Assembly: GCA_038206475.1 (NCBI GenBank)
Contig: JBBRAU010000002.1
Span: 13,892-77,891 of the forward strand
Origin: Patescibacteria group bacterium
GTDB lineage: Bacteria; Patescibacteriota; UBA1384; JBBRAU01
Length of the DNA: 64,000 nucleotides
Reading direction: 5' to 3'
The notes below the pieces were generated by a model. That model was not told the DNA's origin. It was given only the letters and a program-made list of their open reading frames with translations, and did not search any database. Each line of letters begins with the position of its first letter. The stretch's first letter is position 1. Position numbers and translations under genes: made by a program. Positions 27,384-36,776 of this stretch are shown piece by piece.

Positions 27384-28116
27384 TCGTCTCCTCTGTAGCC
27401 AACACCTCGGCCTTTTTAGTCCGTGGCTTGACGGTTTTCTTGACCGGCGTCGCTTCAACTAGTGCGACTTCCTCAACCATTTCGGCTGTTTTGTGGCTGT
27501 CGGCTTGAACGCGGCGCGGACGGTCTGTTTTGAAAGAGGATAGCGCCAAGAGCGTCGCTTTGGTCATGTTAATTTTATTTGAGCTGCCCAAACTCTTGGA
27601 CAGTACGTTTTTGATTCCCGCCAACTCAATGACCGCCCGAACGGCGCCGCCAGCGACAATCGAAGTGCCAGGAGAGGCAGGCTTGAGCAATAAACGCACG
27701 CCAGAGTAACGGACAGTGCTCTCATGCGGGATCGTGTCATTGATAATAGTGACGGTTTGCATATGGCGTTCGGCCTGCGTTTTGGCTTTTTGTACGGCAC
27801 CCGCCACATCGCCGGATTTAGCCACACCCATACCGACCTTGCCAGCACGGTTGCCCATAACCACCAGCGCTCGGAAGCGGATACGGCGACCACCTTTAAC
27901 GACCCGGGAGACACGGTCAACTGAGACTACACGGTCGTCATACTCACTGGTTGAGCGGCTCCGTTGACCGTCGGTCCGGCCGCCGCCTTGGCGACCGCGG
28001 CGCTGACCGTCTGATCCGCCAGCACGTCCGCCCCCCATTGACCGCGAATAATTCGCTGGAGAGGTGGTTGGCCGTGTTTGAGCTGCGCTCGAGGTGGTTG
28101 GTTGTTCTTCAGGCAT
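27370..28116 (-). CDS. rpsE: 30S ribosomal protein S5 (N- and C-terminal extensions)
   Basis: VVKGGRRIRFRALVVMGNRAGKVGMGVAK core; no rpmD (L30) between rpsE and rplO. Confidence 0.9.
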   Translation of the reverse strand: MPEEQPTTSSAAQTRPTTSPANYSRSMGGGRAGGSDGQRRGRQGGGRTDGQRSRSTSEYDDRVVSVDRVSRVVKGGRRIRFRALVVMGNRAGKVGMGVAKSGDVAGAVQKAKTQAERHMQTVTIINDTIPHESTVRYSGVRLLLKPASPGTSIVAGGAVRAVIELAGIKNVLSKSLGSSNKINMTKATLLALSSFKTDRPRRVQADSHKTAEMVEEVALVEATPVKKTVKPRTKKAEVLATEETNATA

Positions 28117-28123
28117 ATCTCTC

Positions 28124-28540
28124 CTAATTCAGTAACTTAGCCGTACGCAGCGCCTCAGCCAACGCCTTGACCCGACCGTGGTAAGCATAACCGGCCCGGT
28201 CAAATACCACGCTCGACACACCGGCTGCTTTGAGCGAGGCAGCCAGCGCTTGGCCAACCTGCTCAGCTTGAGCAGTTTTAGCATTGCTGTCAGCAGAGCT
28301 TGCGACCTGACGGTCTGAAACAGAGCTTTTGGCTGCGCCATAAGCAGAGCTTTTGGCTGCGCCATAGTCTGAAGCGGCGGCAATTGTTTTCATGGCTGTG
28401 TCATCAATAGCTTGGGCGGCAATATGCTTGCCGGAACGGAAAACCGCTACGCGAGGACACTCGGCCGAACCAGCCAAGCGAGTCCGAATCCGCGCTGCGC
28501 GCGTAGCTCGTTTCTGTTTTCGTGGATAGATGGAAATCAT
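28124..28540 (-). CDS. rplR: 50S ribosomal protein L18 (contains in-frame 24-nt tandem duplication)
   Basis: L18 N-terminal RKQKRATRAARIR and C-terminal FDRAGYAYHGRVKALAEALR. Confidence 0.85.
   Translation of the reverse strand: MISIYPRKQKRATRAARIRTRLAGSAECPRVAVFRSGKHIAAQAIDDTAMKTIAAASDYGAAKSSAYGAAKSSVSDRQVASSADSNAKTAQAEQVGQALAASLKAAGVSSVVFDRAGYAYHGRVKALAEALRTAKLLN
28321..28366. repeat. 24-nt in-frame tandem duplication inside rplR
   Basis: CAGAGCTTTTGGCTGCGCCATA twice, encoding YGAAKSSA / YGAAKSSV. Confidence 0.7.
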
Positions 28541-28560
28541 AATAAACTCTTATTTCTTAG

Positions 28561-29103
28561 TTATTTGGCGGCTTTACCGGCTTTACCGGCCTTGCGACGA
28601 ATGTGTTCGCCAGTATAGCGAATGCCTTTGCCTTTGTATGGCTCTGGCGGACGCAGGCTGCGAATGTTAGCGGCCACTTGACCCACCAGCGCGCGATCTA
28701 AACCGGTCACAGTGACAGTATTCTTCTGAACACCGAGGGTGATGCCCTCTGGTGGCGACACATCAATCGGGTGCGAATAGCCAAGGTTGAAAACTAAGTT
28801 TTGACCCTGCTGGCTAACGCGGTAACCAACGCCAATCACCTCTAACTGTTTGCTGAAGCCTTCGGTTGCTCCTGTAACCATATTTTGCAGCAGCTGGCGG
28901 TATAAGCCCCAGTCAGCCATGGCTTGGTTGCCGGTTTTGGCCGGTGTAACGCGCAGAAGGTCAGATTCTTGCGCGATTGTTACGCGAGGAGAGACGACCA
29001 GTTCAGCCGTACCCTTTGGACCACTAACGGTCACTTCAAGACCGCTGACGGTAACAGTAACGCCGGATGGCAGCTGGATCGGTTTTTTACCAATGCGGGA
29101 CAT
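28561..29103 (-). CDS. rplF: 50S ribosomal protein L6
   Basis: MSRIGKKPIQLPSGVTV; start at internal ATG 29103. Confidence 0.9.
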   Translation of the reverse strand: MSRIGKKPIQLPSGVTVTVSGLEVTVSGPKGTAELVVSPRVTIAQESDLLRVTPAKTGNQAMADWGLYRQLLQNMVTGATEGFSKQLEVIGVGYRVSQQGQNLVFNLGYSHPIDVSPPEGITLGVQKNTVTVTGLDRALVGQVAANIRSLRPPEPYKGKGIRYTGEHIRRKAGKAGKAAK

Positions 29104-29114
29104 CTCAGTACTCC

Positions 29115-29504
29115 TTACGCAACCAGGCAAATAACTTCGCCGCCGAGCTTCTCACGCCGAGCCTCACGGTCGGTCAAAAAGCCTTTAGGTGTTGAGACAA
29201 CGGCAATACCATAGCCGGACAGCGGACGCATCAGGTCGCGGTAACCGCGATAAACACGCTGACCTGGCGTCGAGACACGACGCAGCAACCGGAAAGGTTG
29301 CGGACGATTATCGGCAAAACGAACCCGAATCGTATCTTGCGGCGTCGCCTCTTCTTTCGTCAAGCCCGCCACATAGCCTTCACGCTGCAGCAGCTGTAGC
29401 AGTGCCATTGACTGGTTGGTGTGAGGCACCACAAATTCGGTCCGTCCAGCACCTTGGGCGTTCTTCAGACGGACAACGAGATCAGATAGGGTGTCGTTTG
29501 TCAT
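29115..29504 (-). CDS. rpsH: 30S ribosomal protein S8
   Basis: MTNDTLSDLVVRLKNAQ...; AAGGA SD. Confidence 0.9.
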   Translation of the reverse strand: MTNDTLSDLVVRLKNAQGAGRTEFVVPHTNQSMALLQLLQREGYVAGLTKEEATPQDTIRVRFADNRPQPFRLLRRVSTPGQRVYRGYRDLMRPLSGYGIAVVSTPKGFLTDREARREKLGGEVICLVA

Positions 29505-29523
29505 GGTATTCCTTAATTATTTA

Positions 29524-29574
29524 TCACGAGTGTAGCGAGTGAAGAGTCTCTGGAGCGTAGCGACATGGTACTTA
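29524..29574 (-). repeat. Recurring bipartite intergenic motif (copy between rpsN stop and rpsH start)
   Basis: Minus-sense TAAGTACCATGTCGCTACGCTCCAGAGACTCTTCACTCGCTACACTCGTGA; about 82% identical over ~50 nt to the tuf/rpsJ copy. Confidence 0.6.
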
Positions 29575-29763
29575 CCAAGAGGCTTTGCGGACACCCGGCA
29601 ACATGCCGGCTGAAGCAAATTCGCGAAAATGGATGCGGCAAACGCCAAATTTACGCATGTACCCGTGCGGACGACCGCACTTTGGCACTAAGCAGCGATT
29701 TTTCTGGCGCACGCTAAACTTGGGTTTCCTTTGACTTTTAACAATATGAGCAACGGTCGCCAT
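29572..29763 (-). CDS. rpsN: 30S ribosomal protein S14 (Zn-binding type Z)
   Basis: 61-aa CxxC...CxxC form ending ...[11 protein letters not shown]. Confidence 0.9.
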   Translation of the reverse strand: MATVAHIVKSQRKPKFSVRQKNRCLVPKCGRPHGYMRKFGVCRIHFREFASAGMLPGVRKASW

Positions 29764-30344
29764 TATGCCTCCGACTTTTCTGCAGTTTCATTAGTTAAGC
29801 GCTCGGCTCCCGCCAGCGGGAAACCCAGCTGGCGCAGCAGTTCCGTTGCTTGCTCAGCGTTCTGGCTGGTCGTAACCAGCGAGACCTGCAAACCGTGGAC
29901 GGCGCCAATGTTCTCGTAGCTGATCTCTGGGAAAATGGTCTGGTCTTTAATACCTAAGTGGAAGTTACCGTGGCGATCAACCAGCGAGCTTGGCAAACCA
30001 CGAAAGTCGCGGATGCGCGGCAGCGCTACGTTGATTAACCGGTCAAGAAAACTCCACATCTTTTCACCACGCAGGGTGACCATCATACCAATCGGCTGGC
30101 CTTGACGGATTTTGAACGAGGCAATGGCCCGCTTGGCTTTGGTGATCACCGGTTTCTGGCCGGTGATGGTGGTTAACGTTTTTTCTACTTCGTTCATCAA
30201 TGCTGTCTGCTCTTTGGCGTGTCCAGCCCCCACATTAACAACCACCTTCATTAAGCGCGGCATCTCCATAGTGTTGGCATAGGAAAACTGCTTGGCCATG
30301 GCTGGTCGGGTGACTTCGGTATATTGCTCGTGCATTGTACGCAT
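29763..30344 (-). CDS. rplE: 50S ribosomal protein L5
   Basis: [30 protein letters not shown]. Confidence 0.9.
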   Translation of the reverse strand: MRTMHEQYTEVTRPAMAKQFSYANTMEMPRLMKVVVNVGAGHAKEQTALMNEVEKTLTTITGQKPVITKAKRAIASFKIRQGQPIGMMVTLRGEKMWSFLDRLINVALPRIRDFRGLPSSLVDRHGNFHLGIKDQTIFPEISYENIGAVHGLQVSLVTTSQNAEQATELLRQLGFPLAGAERLTNETAEKSEA

Positions 30345-30352
30345 GATTTCCT

Positions 30353-30703
30353 TTAGCCAATGACACTGTCACACTTTTGGCAAGTGCGCAGTTTACGGTC
30401 GCCTTCTAGGCGCGAGCCCAGGCGGGTTGGTTTTTTACAAGCTGGGCAGATGAGTTGCACGTTTGAGGCGTCAATTGGCATTGCTACTTCGCTAATGCCG
30501 CCCGGCTGACCGGCTGAGGCCTTTTTGTGCCGTTTGACAACATGAACGCCAGGAATAACTACTTGGCCAGTGCGACGCAACACGCGCTCAATAGCGCCGG
30601 TTTTGCCAACCGAGCCGCCAGAAGTCACCTTGACCGTATCGCCCGCTTTAAGACGCAGTGAAACATTGAGGTTGCGGGCTGAGCCCTGATTACCACGAGC
30701 CAT
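30353..30703 (-). CDS. rplX: 50S ribosomal protein L24 (with C-terminal CxxC...CxxC tail)
   Basis: KAGDTVKVTSGGSVGKTG KOW motif; tail ICPACKK...CQKCDSV. Confidence 0.85.
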   Translation of the reverse strand: MARGNQGSARNLNVSLRLKAGDTVKVTSGGSVGKTGAIERVLRRTGQVVIPGVHVVKRHKKASAGQPGGISEVAMPIDASNVQLICPACKKPTRLGSRLEGDRKLRTCQKCDSVIG

Positions 30704-31071
30704 TACAGCACCTCCGGCGCCAGTGAGACGATTTTCTGAAAACCGCGGTCTCGCAATTCACGAGAGATTGGGCCAAAAATACGGGTACCTCGCGGCAAGT
30801 TGTCTTTACTGATAATAACGGCGGCGTTGTCGTCAAAGCGAATGTAGCTGCCGTCGGTTCGGCGCAATGGCTTAACCTGGCGGACAATAACCGCCCGGAC
30901 TACCTCTTTGCGTTTAACGGTAGCGTTCGGCGTGGCCGTCTTAACGGAGGCAGTGATAATATCGCCAATTTGAGCATTAGCATCAGCCACATTGCCAAGT
31001 GCGGTAATCATTTCAACCTCTTTCGCGCCACTGTTATCAGCGACGAGCAAGCGGGATCCGGCCTGAATCAT
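30703..31071 (-). CDS. rplN: 50S ribosomal protein L14
   Basis: [18 protein letters not shown]... Confidence 0.9.
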   Translation of the reverse strand: MIQAGSRLLVADNSGAKEVEMITALGNVADANAQIGDIITASVKTATPNATVKRKEVVRAVIVRQVKPLRRTDGSYIRFDDNAAVIISKDNLPRGTRIFGPISRELRDRGFQKIVSLAPEVL

Positions 31072-31376
31072 ACTGTTTCCTTGGTGGGTGTCATTACTTC
31101 CGGCTCAACGATATTCAGGTCGCCGTCAGCCAGACCATGCTCGCCAGCCACCACACGCCAGCTTTTGTGCTTGGACATCGGCCGCATCTCTTCAATCACG
31201 ACCGCGTCGCCCTCATGCCACTGGTTATTTGGGTTGTCGGCTAAAATACGGCTCGAGGATTTAACAATTTTTTGATAAATCGGGTGGCGGTGATTTTGCT
31301 CCACAGCAACCACGACGGTTTGCTCCATCTTGTCAGAGACTACGACACCAATTTTGCGTTTCTTCGACTCAGACAT
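31068..31376 (-). CDS. rpsQ: 30S ribosomal protein S17
   Basis: [17 protein letters not shown]...[23 protein letters not shown]. Confidence 0.9.
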   Translation of the reverse strand: MSESKKRKIGVVVSDKMEQTVVVAVEQNHRHPIYQKIVKSSSRILADNPNNQWHEGDAVVIEEMRPMSKHKSWRVVAGEHGLADGDLNIVEPEVMTPTKETV

Positions 31377-31590
31377 GTTTCTCCTCAGACAGAATTTCCA
31401 ACTGGCGCATACGAGTTAAAATGCGGGCAACCTGACGGCGCTTCTCGGCCAACAGATGGTGTTGCTTCGACTGGTTGGTTGTTAAGCGAAAGCGTAGGTC
31501 CAGCAGCTCATGCCGTGCGGTCTTTTCGAGCTCTTTAAGCTCTGCCGCTGGCTTTTCCATCACCGCTTGGGCAGCGTTGCGGCGTTTCAT
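31369..31590 (-). CDS. rpmC: 50S ribosomal protein L29
   Basis: Small helical protein in the conserved position between rplP and rpsQ. Confidence 0.85.
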   Translation of the reverse strand: MKRRNAAQAVMEKPAAELKELEKTARHELLDLRFRLTTNQSKQHHLLAEKRRQVARILTRMRQLEILSEEKHV

Positions 31591-32021
31591 GCGCGCTCCT
31601 CAACTTGGGCCAAACCAGGCTTGCTAATAAACTTGGTTTCCACGGAAATTTTATGCCTAGCCAAACGCATGGCCTCTTTGGCCACCGTCTCAGACACTCC
31701 AGCCATCTCAAACAGCACGCTGCCCGGCTTAACGACGGCCACAAAGTGGTCAACGGCGCCTTTACCGGAGCCCATCGGCGTCTCGGCCGAGGTTAAGGTG
31801 ACAGGCTTATCTGGGAAAATACGAATCCAAACTTCGCCGCCGCGCTTGATGTAGCGGGTCATCGCCCGGCGGGCGGCTTCAATTTCCCGGCTGGAAATCC
31901 AACCGCGGCTAAGCGACTTAATACCAAAGGTACCAAAACTGAGCTCGGTGCCACGGGTAGCATAACCACCGCGTTTGCCGCGCTGCTGTTTTCGGAATTT
32001 CATCCTTTTGGGTATTAGCAT
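31587..32021 (-). CDS. rplP: 50S ribosomal protein L16
   Basis: [16 protein letters not shown]... Confidence 0.9.
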   Translation of the reverse strand: MLIPKRMKFRKQQRGKRGGYATRGTELSFGTFGIKSLSRGWISSREIEAARRAMTRYIKRGGEVWIRIFPDKPVTLTSAETPMGSGKGAVDHFVAVVKPGSVLFEMAGVSETVAKEAMRLARHKISVETKFISKPGLAQVEERA

Positions 32022-32052
32022 TGCTTATCTTTCCAATATATTCAGTTAATGC

Positions 32053-32100
32053 TTTTCACTCGCTTCGCCTGTTTATCGACAGACAGACTCGTGATGAACA
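32053..32100. repeat. Partial, inverted and interrupted copy of motif half B in the rpsC-rplP spacer
   Basis: Plus-strand TTTTCACTCGCT ...(27 nt)... CTCGTGAT. Confidence 0.3.
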
Positions 32101-32168
32101 TGAGAATAACCTTTGGTCTGTTTTGATCTTGTTTACTTTACTTGATTTTTGACTTTTCTTCAATGAGC

Positions 32169-32861
32169 TTACGAAGAGATGCGCCGAGCGGCTGGACGCT
32201 CAAGATTGAGCTTGGCTTCATCACCACGGTAAACCCAAACTTTGATGCCGATTGTGCCGTAGGTGGTCTTAGCTTCGGCAAAGCCGTAGTCAATCAAGCC
32301 ACGCAGAGTCGACAGCGGGACACTGCCTTGAACTAACTTCTCAGAGCGGGCAATTTCTGCCCCGCCGAGACGGCCAGCCATAATAATACGAATGCCCTGA
32401 ACGTGCTGGGCCATGGCTTTTTCTACCGCTTGCTTCATTGCTCGTTTAAACATAACGCGCTTTTCGATCTGGTACTGAATATTCTCGGCCACCAACTGGG
32501 CGTTTGCTTCAGGTTGGCGCACTTCAACGATGTCAATCTTGATACGCGGCAGATCAGTTTTTTTACCTCGGCTAATAATCAGCTTCTCGAGGTGTTTTTT
32601 CAGCTCCGTCGTGCCAGCACCGCCGCGGCCAATGATAACTCCGGGGCGTGCAGTATGGATTAAGATGGTCAGGTCACCCGGACCGCGCTCAATTTCGATC
32701 AGAGAGACGCCAGCGTTTTGTAAACGCTGCTTGAGTAGTGCCCGAATGGCCAAATCTTCCTGCAGTGAATGGGTATAGTTGCGACCGGCGGCAAACCAAC
32801 GGCTTCGCCAGTTAGTGTTAATGCCTAAACGGAGGCTGATCGGATTAATTTTTTGACCCAT
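32169..32861 (-). CDS. rpsC: 30S ribosomal protein S3
   Basis: MGQKINPISLRLGINTNWRSRWF. Confidence 0.9.
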   Translation of the reverse strand: MGQKINPISLRLGINTNWRSRWFAAGRNYTHSLQEDLAIRALLKQRLQNAGVSLIEIERGPGDLTILIHTARPGVIIGRGGAGTTELKKHLEKLIISRGKKTDLPRIKIDIVEVRQPEANAQLVAENIQYQIEKRVMFKRAMKQAVEKAMAQHVQGIRIIMAGRLGGAEIARSEKLVQGSVPLSTLRGLIDYGFAEAKTTYGTIGIKVWVYRGDEAKLNLERPAARRISS

Positions 32862-33363
32862 CGCGGCCTCCTTTCTCGGTTGCTACGATTTCTTCTGGCT
32901 CAACTGTTTCAGTCTTGGCGGTTTCGGTGATTTCTGGGTCTGGCGCTACAAGTGGCTCAGCTGACGCGACCTGCTCGGTTTTGGCTGTCCGCTTCAGCGG
33001 TCTGGCGGCAAGTGCCGCTACAGCCCGCTGCGGGCCAATCTGTACCAGCAAATGGCTTTTTTGCTTTTTGACAAGAGCGGCGCGGCCGCGACTGCCGTAG
33101 ATGCGGTTTTTCGTCGCCGAGGCGCCGTCAACGCGAATCATCTGAACGGCCAACGATTCTGGTGCAACTCGGGCCTCTTCAGCGGCCGCTTTGGCGGCGC
33201 GAATGACCTTCCAGGCCAACTTTGCCCCACGCTTCGGCATGAACTGCAGCGTAGTTAGAGCGCGCTCGAGTGGCATACCACGGACACCATCAATCACAAT
33301 ACGTAACTTACGCGGCGCAATGTCCAGCGATTTACCAGAGACACGAATAACTTGTTCAGCCAT
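32845..33363 (-). CDS. rplV: 50S ribosomal protein L22 (C-terminal extension)
   Basis: SPRKLRIVIDGVRGMPLERALTTLQFMPKRGAK. Confidence 0.9.
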   Translation of the reverse strand: MAEQVIRVSGKSLDIAPRKLRIVIDGVRGMPLERALTTLQFMPKRGAKLAWKVIRAAKAAAEEARVAPESLAVQMIRVDGASATKNRIYGSRGRAALVKKQKSHLLVQIGPQRAVAALAARPLKRTAKTEQVASAEPLVAPDPEITETAKTETVEPEEIVATEKGGRDGSKN

Positions 33364-33365
33364 AA

Positions 33366-33641
33366 TTACCCCTGATCTTTGGCTAATTTACCACCGTGGC
33401 GGACAAATTTACGCGTTGGCGCAAATTCACCCAAACGGTGGCCAACCATATCTTCAGTGATGAAAACCGGAATGTGAATGCGGCCATTGTGCACTTCTAG
33501 GGTGTGGCCAACCATAACCGGGAAAATTTGCGAGCGACGCGACCAGGTTTTAATTTTTAATTGGACACCGGCGGCGGCTTTCTCAAATTTAGCCAACAGT
33601 TTTGGCTCACAGTACGGACCTTTCGAGCTTGATCGTGACAT
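33366..33641 (-). CDS. rpsS: 30S ribosomal protein S19
   Basis: SRSSSKGPY...[29 protein letters not shown]. Confidence 0.9.
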   Translation of the reverse strand: MSRSSSKGPYCEPKLLAKFEKAAAGVQLKIKTWSRRSQIFPVMVGHTLEVHNGRIHIPVFITEDMVGHRLGEFAPTRKFVRHGGKLAKDQG

Positions 33642-33643
33642 GA

Positions 33644-34471
33644 CTACCTCGTCTTTCTTCGACGAATGATTTGCGATTCAGATGATTTGTGGCGACCGCG
33701 GGTTTTAACACCTAAGGCGTGGGCGCCCCATGGCGTTTTTGGATACTTCATACCCACTGAGGTGTTGCCTTCACCGCCGCCGTGCGGGTGGTCAACTGGG
33801 TTCATTGCTTTACCGCGAACGGTTGGCCGCCAACCAAAGTGACGATTGCGGCCGGCTTTGCCGATGCGCACGTGCTGCCAGTCACTGTTTGAGACAACCC
33901 CAAGCGTGGCTTGGCAGTTGTTGTCCAGCCGACGCACTTCGCCGGAGGGTAATTTCACATGAGCGGTCGTCTCTTCGAGGGATAAGAGTGAAGCCGCTTC
34001 TCCAGCGCTACGTACGGTTGTTGCCGGACGCTCGGGTGCCAATGAGACGTTATGAATAAGGGAACCAACCGGAATGCGCTTCAATGGTAAGTGGTTGCCT
34101 GGGCGAATCGGTGCCGCCGCACCAGACATAACCTGGTCGCCAACATTCAAACCGGCAGGAGCTAATATGTAGCGGCGCTCACCGTCTTCATACTGGAGTA
34201 AGGCCACGTTGGCGGTACGGCCCGGATCGTACTGCAGTTCCTGCACCGTGGCTTGCAGCTGCTTGTCGCGCTTCCAATCAATCAAGCGCAGGAAGCGCTT
34301 TTCACCGCCGCCGCGGTGGCGAATAGTGATTTTACCCTGATTATTGCGGCCAGCCTGTTGTTTGGTGGCCAATCTGAGAGCCTTCGGCAAAGTCCGGCCG
34401 AAAACCGGGTTCTTTAAATGGGACAGCTTGCGCTGGCCGGAGGTGGTCGGTTTGGCAACGATAACTGGCAT
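33644..34471 (-). CDS. rplB: 50S ribosomal protein L2
   Basis: [17 protein letters not shown]...[13 protein letters not shown]. Confidence 0.95.
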   Translation of the reverse strand: MPVIVAKPTTSGQRKLSHLKNPVFGRTLPKALRLATKQQAGRNNQGKITIRHRGGGEKRFLRLIDWKRDKQLQATVQELQYDPGRTANVALLQYEDGERRYILAPAGLNVGDQVMSGAAAPIRPGNHLPLKRIPVGSLIHNVSLAPERPATTVRSAGEAASLLSLEETTAHVKLPSGEVRRLDNNCQATLGVVSNSDWQHVRIGKAGRNRHFGWRPTVRGKAMNPVDHPHGGGEGNTSVGMKYPKTPWGAHALGVKTRGRHKSSESQIIRRRKTR

Positions 34472-34473
34472 GA

Positions 34474-34863
34474 TTATTCCTTGTCGCCGTTAGGCTGGCG
34501 CTTTGTTTCAGTCTTAGCTGCTGTCTTTGTATTTTGGGCGGGTTTTGTTTTTGGCTCAGCAACCGCACCCTCTTCAACACCGCCGTAAACATCCAGCCGT
34601 TGGCCGGCTGCCAAGCGAACAATCGCCTTTTTGCGGTTACCGCGGGTCGTCAAGCGGCGCGGGGCGCCTTTGCCGCGCATGCGCATTCGCTTACCTTTGA
34701 GCGTTTCCATCGTCACAGCCGTTACTTTGACTTTAAAGTGAGCTTCCACAGCATCAGCCACAGCCTGTTTACTGGCGTTTGGCGTAACCAGAAAAGCGTA
34801 CTGGCCAAGATCAGCTAATCGGACAGATTTTTCGGTTAACCAGGGAGCGAGCAAAATGGGCAT
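34474..34863 (-). CDS. rplW: 50S ribosomal protein L23
   Basis: LTEKSVRLADLGQYAFLV; start at internal ATG 34863. Confidence 0.85.
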   Translation of the reverse strand: MPILLAPWLTEKSVRLADLGQYAFLVTPNASKQAVADAVEAHFKVKVTAVTMETLKGKRMRMRGKGAPRRLTTRGNRKKAIVRLAAGQRLDVYGGVEEGAVAEPKTKPAQNTKTAAKTETKRQPNGDKE

Positions 34864-34864
34864 C

Positions 34865-35605
34865 TTATTCCTCACCCGCTGGCGAAACGTCAACGCTGTC
34901 CGCCGGCGCTTCAGCAACCGCGGTGGTCTTTTTGACTGTGGTTTTAGCAGCTGGAGCAGCGGTCAGGCGTTTGGTGGCAATTTTCGGCCCCCAGGTAACC
35001 TGAATACGCTCAGCGGCGCCAGGCATGAGCACAATTTGCTTAGCGGTAATAACGTCGTGCAAATTAAGCAGGTAGCCGGGTGTGACTTGAACACCAGGCA
35101 CGTTCCGTGTCGTCAATAACAGCGCTTCCGACACATCACCGGCAATCAGTAAGCGCTTTTTAGCCACCGGTAAGCTGGCCAGCGCCTTCGCCACCTGATT
35201 TGTTTTGGTTAATTCAGCCGGCATCGCCTGGATGGCAATCATCTCACCATCAGCCGCTTTGGCTGATAGAGCTGAAACTAAAGCCAGCTGGCGCATTTTT
35301 TTATTTAACCGAGTAGCCCAGTTACGCTCCGGAGTCGGCCCAAAGGCCACACCGCCACCGACCCACTGCGGCGAACGCGTTGAGCCCTGGCGAGCCCGGC
35401 CTGTGCCTTTTTGCCGCCATGGCTTTTTACCGGTACCGGCCACTTCGCCGCGTTTTTTGGTGTTAGCGATAGATTCACGCGCCGAATTACTGATAAAACG
35501 CAGGGCGCGGGCAATCACATCGTCGTGGCGAGCAACCGAAAATACGGCCGGAAGCGTAATATCGCCAGTTTTTGTGCCCTGCCAACTGTATTCAGGAATG
35601 GTCAT
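34865..35605 (-). CDS. rplD: 50S ribosomal protein L4
   Basis: KKPWRQKGTGRARQGSTRSPQWVGGGVAFGP. Confidence 0.9.
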   Translation of the reverse strand: MTIPEYSWQGTKTGDITLPAVFSVARHDDVIARALRFISNSARESIANTKKRGEVAGTGKKPWRQKGTGRARQGSTRSPQWVGGGVAFGPTPERNWATRLNKKMRQLALVSALSAKAADGEMIAIQAMPAELTKTNQVAKALASLPVAKKRLLIAGDVSEALLLTTRNVPGVQVTPGYLLNLHDVITAKQIVLMPGAAERIQVTWGPKIATKRLTAAPAAKTTVKKTTAVAEAPADSVDVSPAGEE

Positions 35606-36225
35606 GCGCTAACCTTTCGAATTTCCAGCATGCTGCCGCGCGGACCAGGCAAAGCACCTTTGATCAGCACTGTCTCAGTATCAGCGTCAACAGCAACTAC
35701 TTCGGCGTTCTTGACCGTCACCTGGACATTACCCATATGACCCGGCAATTTGCGCCCTTTCATGACGTGCTGCGGGAACATCGAACCAATTGAGCCCGGG
35801 GCACGGTGATGGTCTGAGCCATGCGTCTCCGGACCGCGACTAAAGCCGTGGCGCTTGATAACACCGGAGAAGCCCTTGCCTTTGCTGGTGCCGGTCACTT
35901 TGACTTTGTCGCCCGCGGTAAATACAGAACAAGAGAGGGCGTCACCAGGCGTGGGTACGTCCTCTGTTTCAGCGTCAATGATGGTTTCGCGAATAAACGC
36001 CAGATTGTCACGACCAGCGGCAGCCAAGTGGCCGCGCATTGGTTTGGTCTGACTCTTCTTGCTGCCAGCGCCAATTTGGACGGCAGCATAGCCGTCTTTC
36101 TCAACCGTTTTGATCTGAGTAACCACATTGGGCCGCACCAAAACTACCGTGACAGGAATGTCGCGGCCGTCTTCATCAAAGATGCGGGTCATGCCGACCT
36201 TTTGGCCAAGCACGAATGAAATCAT
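35602..36225 (-). CDS. rplC: 50S ribosomal protein L3
   Basis: LGQKVGMTRIFDEDGRDIPVTVV...; start at ATG 36225 with GGAG SD. Confidence 0.9.
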   Translation of the reverse strand: MISFVLGQKVGMTRIFDEDGRDIPVTVVLVRPNVVTQIKTVEKDGYAAVQIGAGSKKSQTKPMRGHLAAAGRDNLAFIRETIIDAETEDVPTPGDALSCSVFTAGDKVKVTGTSKGKGFSGVIKRHGFSRGPETHGSDHHRAPGSIGSMFPQHVMKGRKLPGHMGNVQVTVKNAEVVAVDADTETVLIKGALPGPRGSMLEIRKVSA

Positions 36226-36422
36226 GTGGTCTCCGGTTTCGGTTGCTCTCGGGTCTTCATCTTCAACCAATATTTGGTTGAAATGCAACTCATGCCTGCG
36301 CACGAGAAGTCAAGAACCGCACTCTTGCGGTTCCGTCCGTCTAGCTCAGCTGCCAAACGCTAAATAAGCGAGAGGCTCAGGCGCCTGGGCAGACACCATC
36401 GGCCTTGCTATCTCTACAGCTG

Positions 36423-36451
36423 ACCTTACCGAAAATATAGTCACACGTCAA
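36423..36451 (-). promoter_or_regulatory. Candidate sigma70-like promoter for the rplC operon
   Basis: Minus strand TTGACG - 17 nt - TAAGGT, about 190 nt upstream of the rplC start. Confidence 0.3.
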
Positions 36452-36525
36452 CTATCCTGCCATCACCGACCCGTCCGCTATTGATAATTATTTCGTCCCC
36501 GCTCTTGAACAAGGAGGCGTCGTCC

Positions 36526-36666
36526 ATGGCTGATCGAGTATGCATTAATGTTGGGAAGGGATACGCTCTTGAGCCAAACCAACTAACAGAGTACCGTGGC
36601 AAGAAAGCAGGACTTCCAACAGCAGAGCCGCTGAGACTCGCTGTGCTACTCTCTATTAATCAATAG
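36526..36666 (+). CDS. Small ORF (46 aa) antisense to the r-protein operon, unknown function
   Basis: AAGGAGG SD 8 nt before ATG 36526; followed by two hairpins; CTA/AGA/GGA codons atypical of neighbours. Confidence 0.3.
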   Translation: MADRVCINVGKGYALEPNQLTEYRGKKAGLPTAEPLRLAVLLSINQ

Positions 36667-36720
36667 AGCTGCCTCAAAGAGGAGATGCTGGCGCATCTCA
36701 TCACTCTGCCTCGTCCGACT

Positions 36721-36755
36721 AAAAGAGCCCCGACCACATGGCCGGGGCTCTTTTT
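36721..36755. terminator. Hairpin terminator between rpsJ and the antisense small ORF
   Basis: 8-bp stem GAGCCCCG/CGGGGCTC, T5 run on plus strand, U4 on minus. Confidence 0.6.
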
Positions 36756-36776
36756 ATGTCCTATTGAGAAGAAGAA

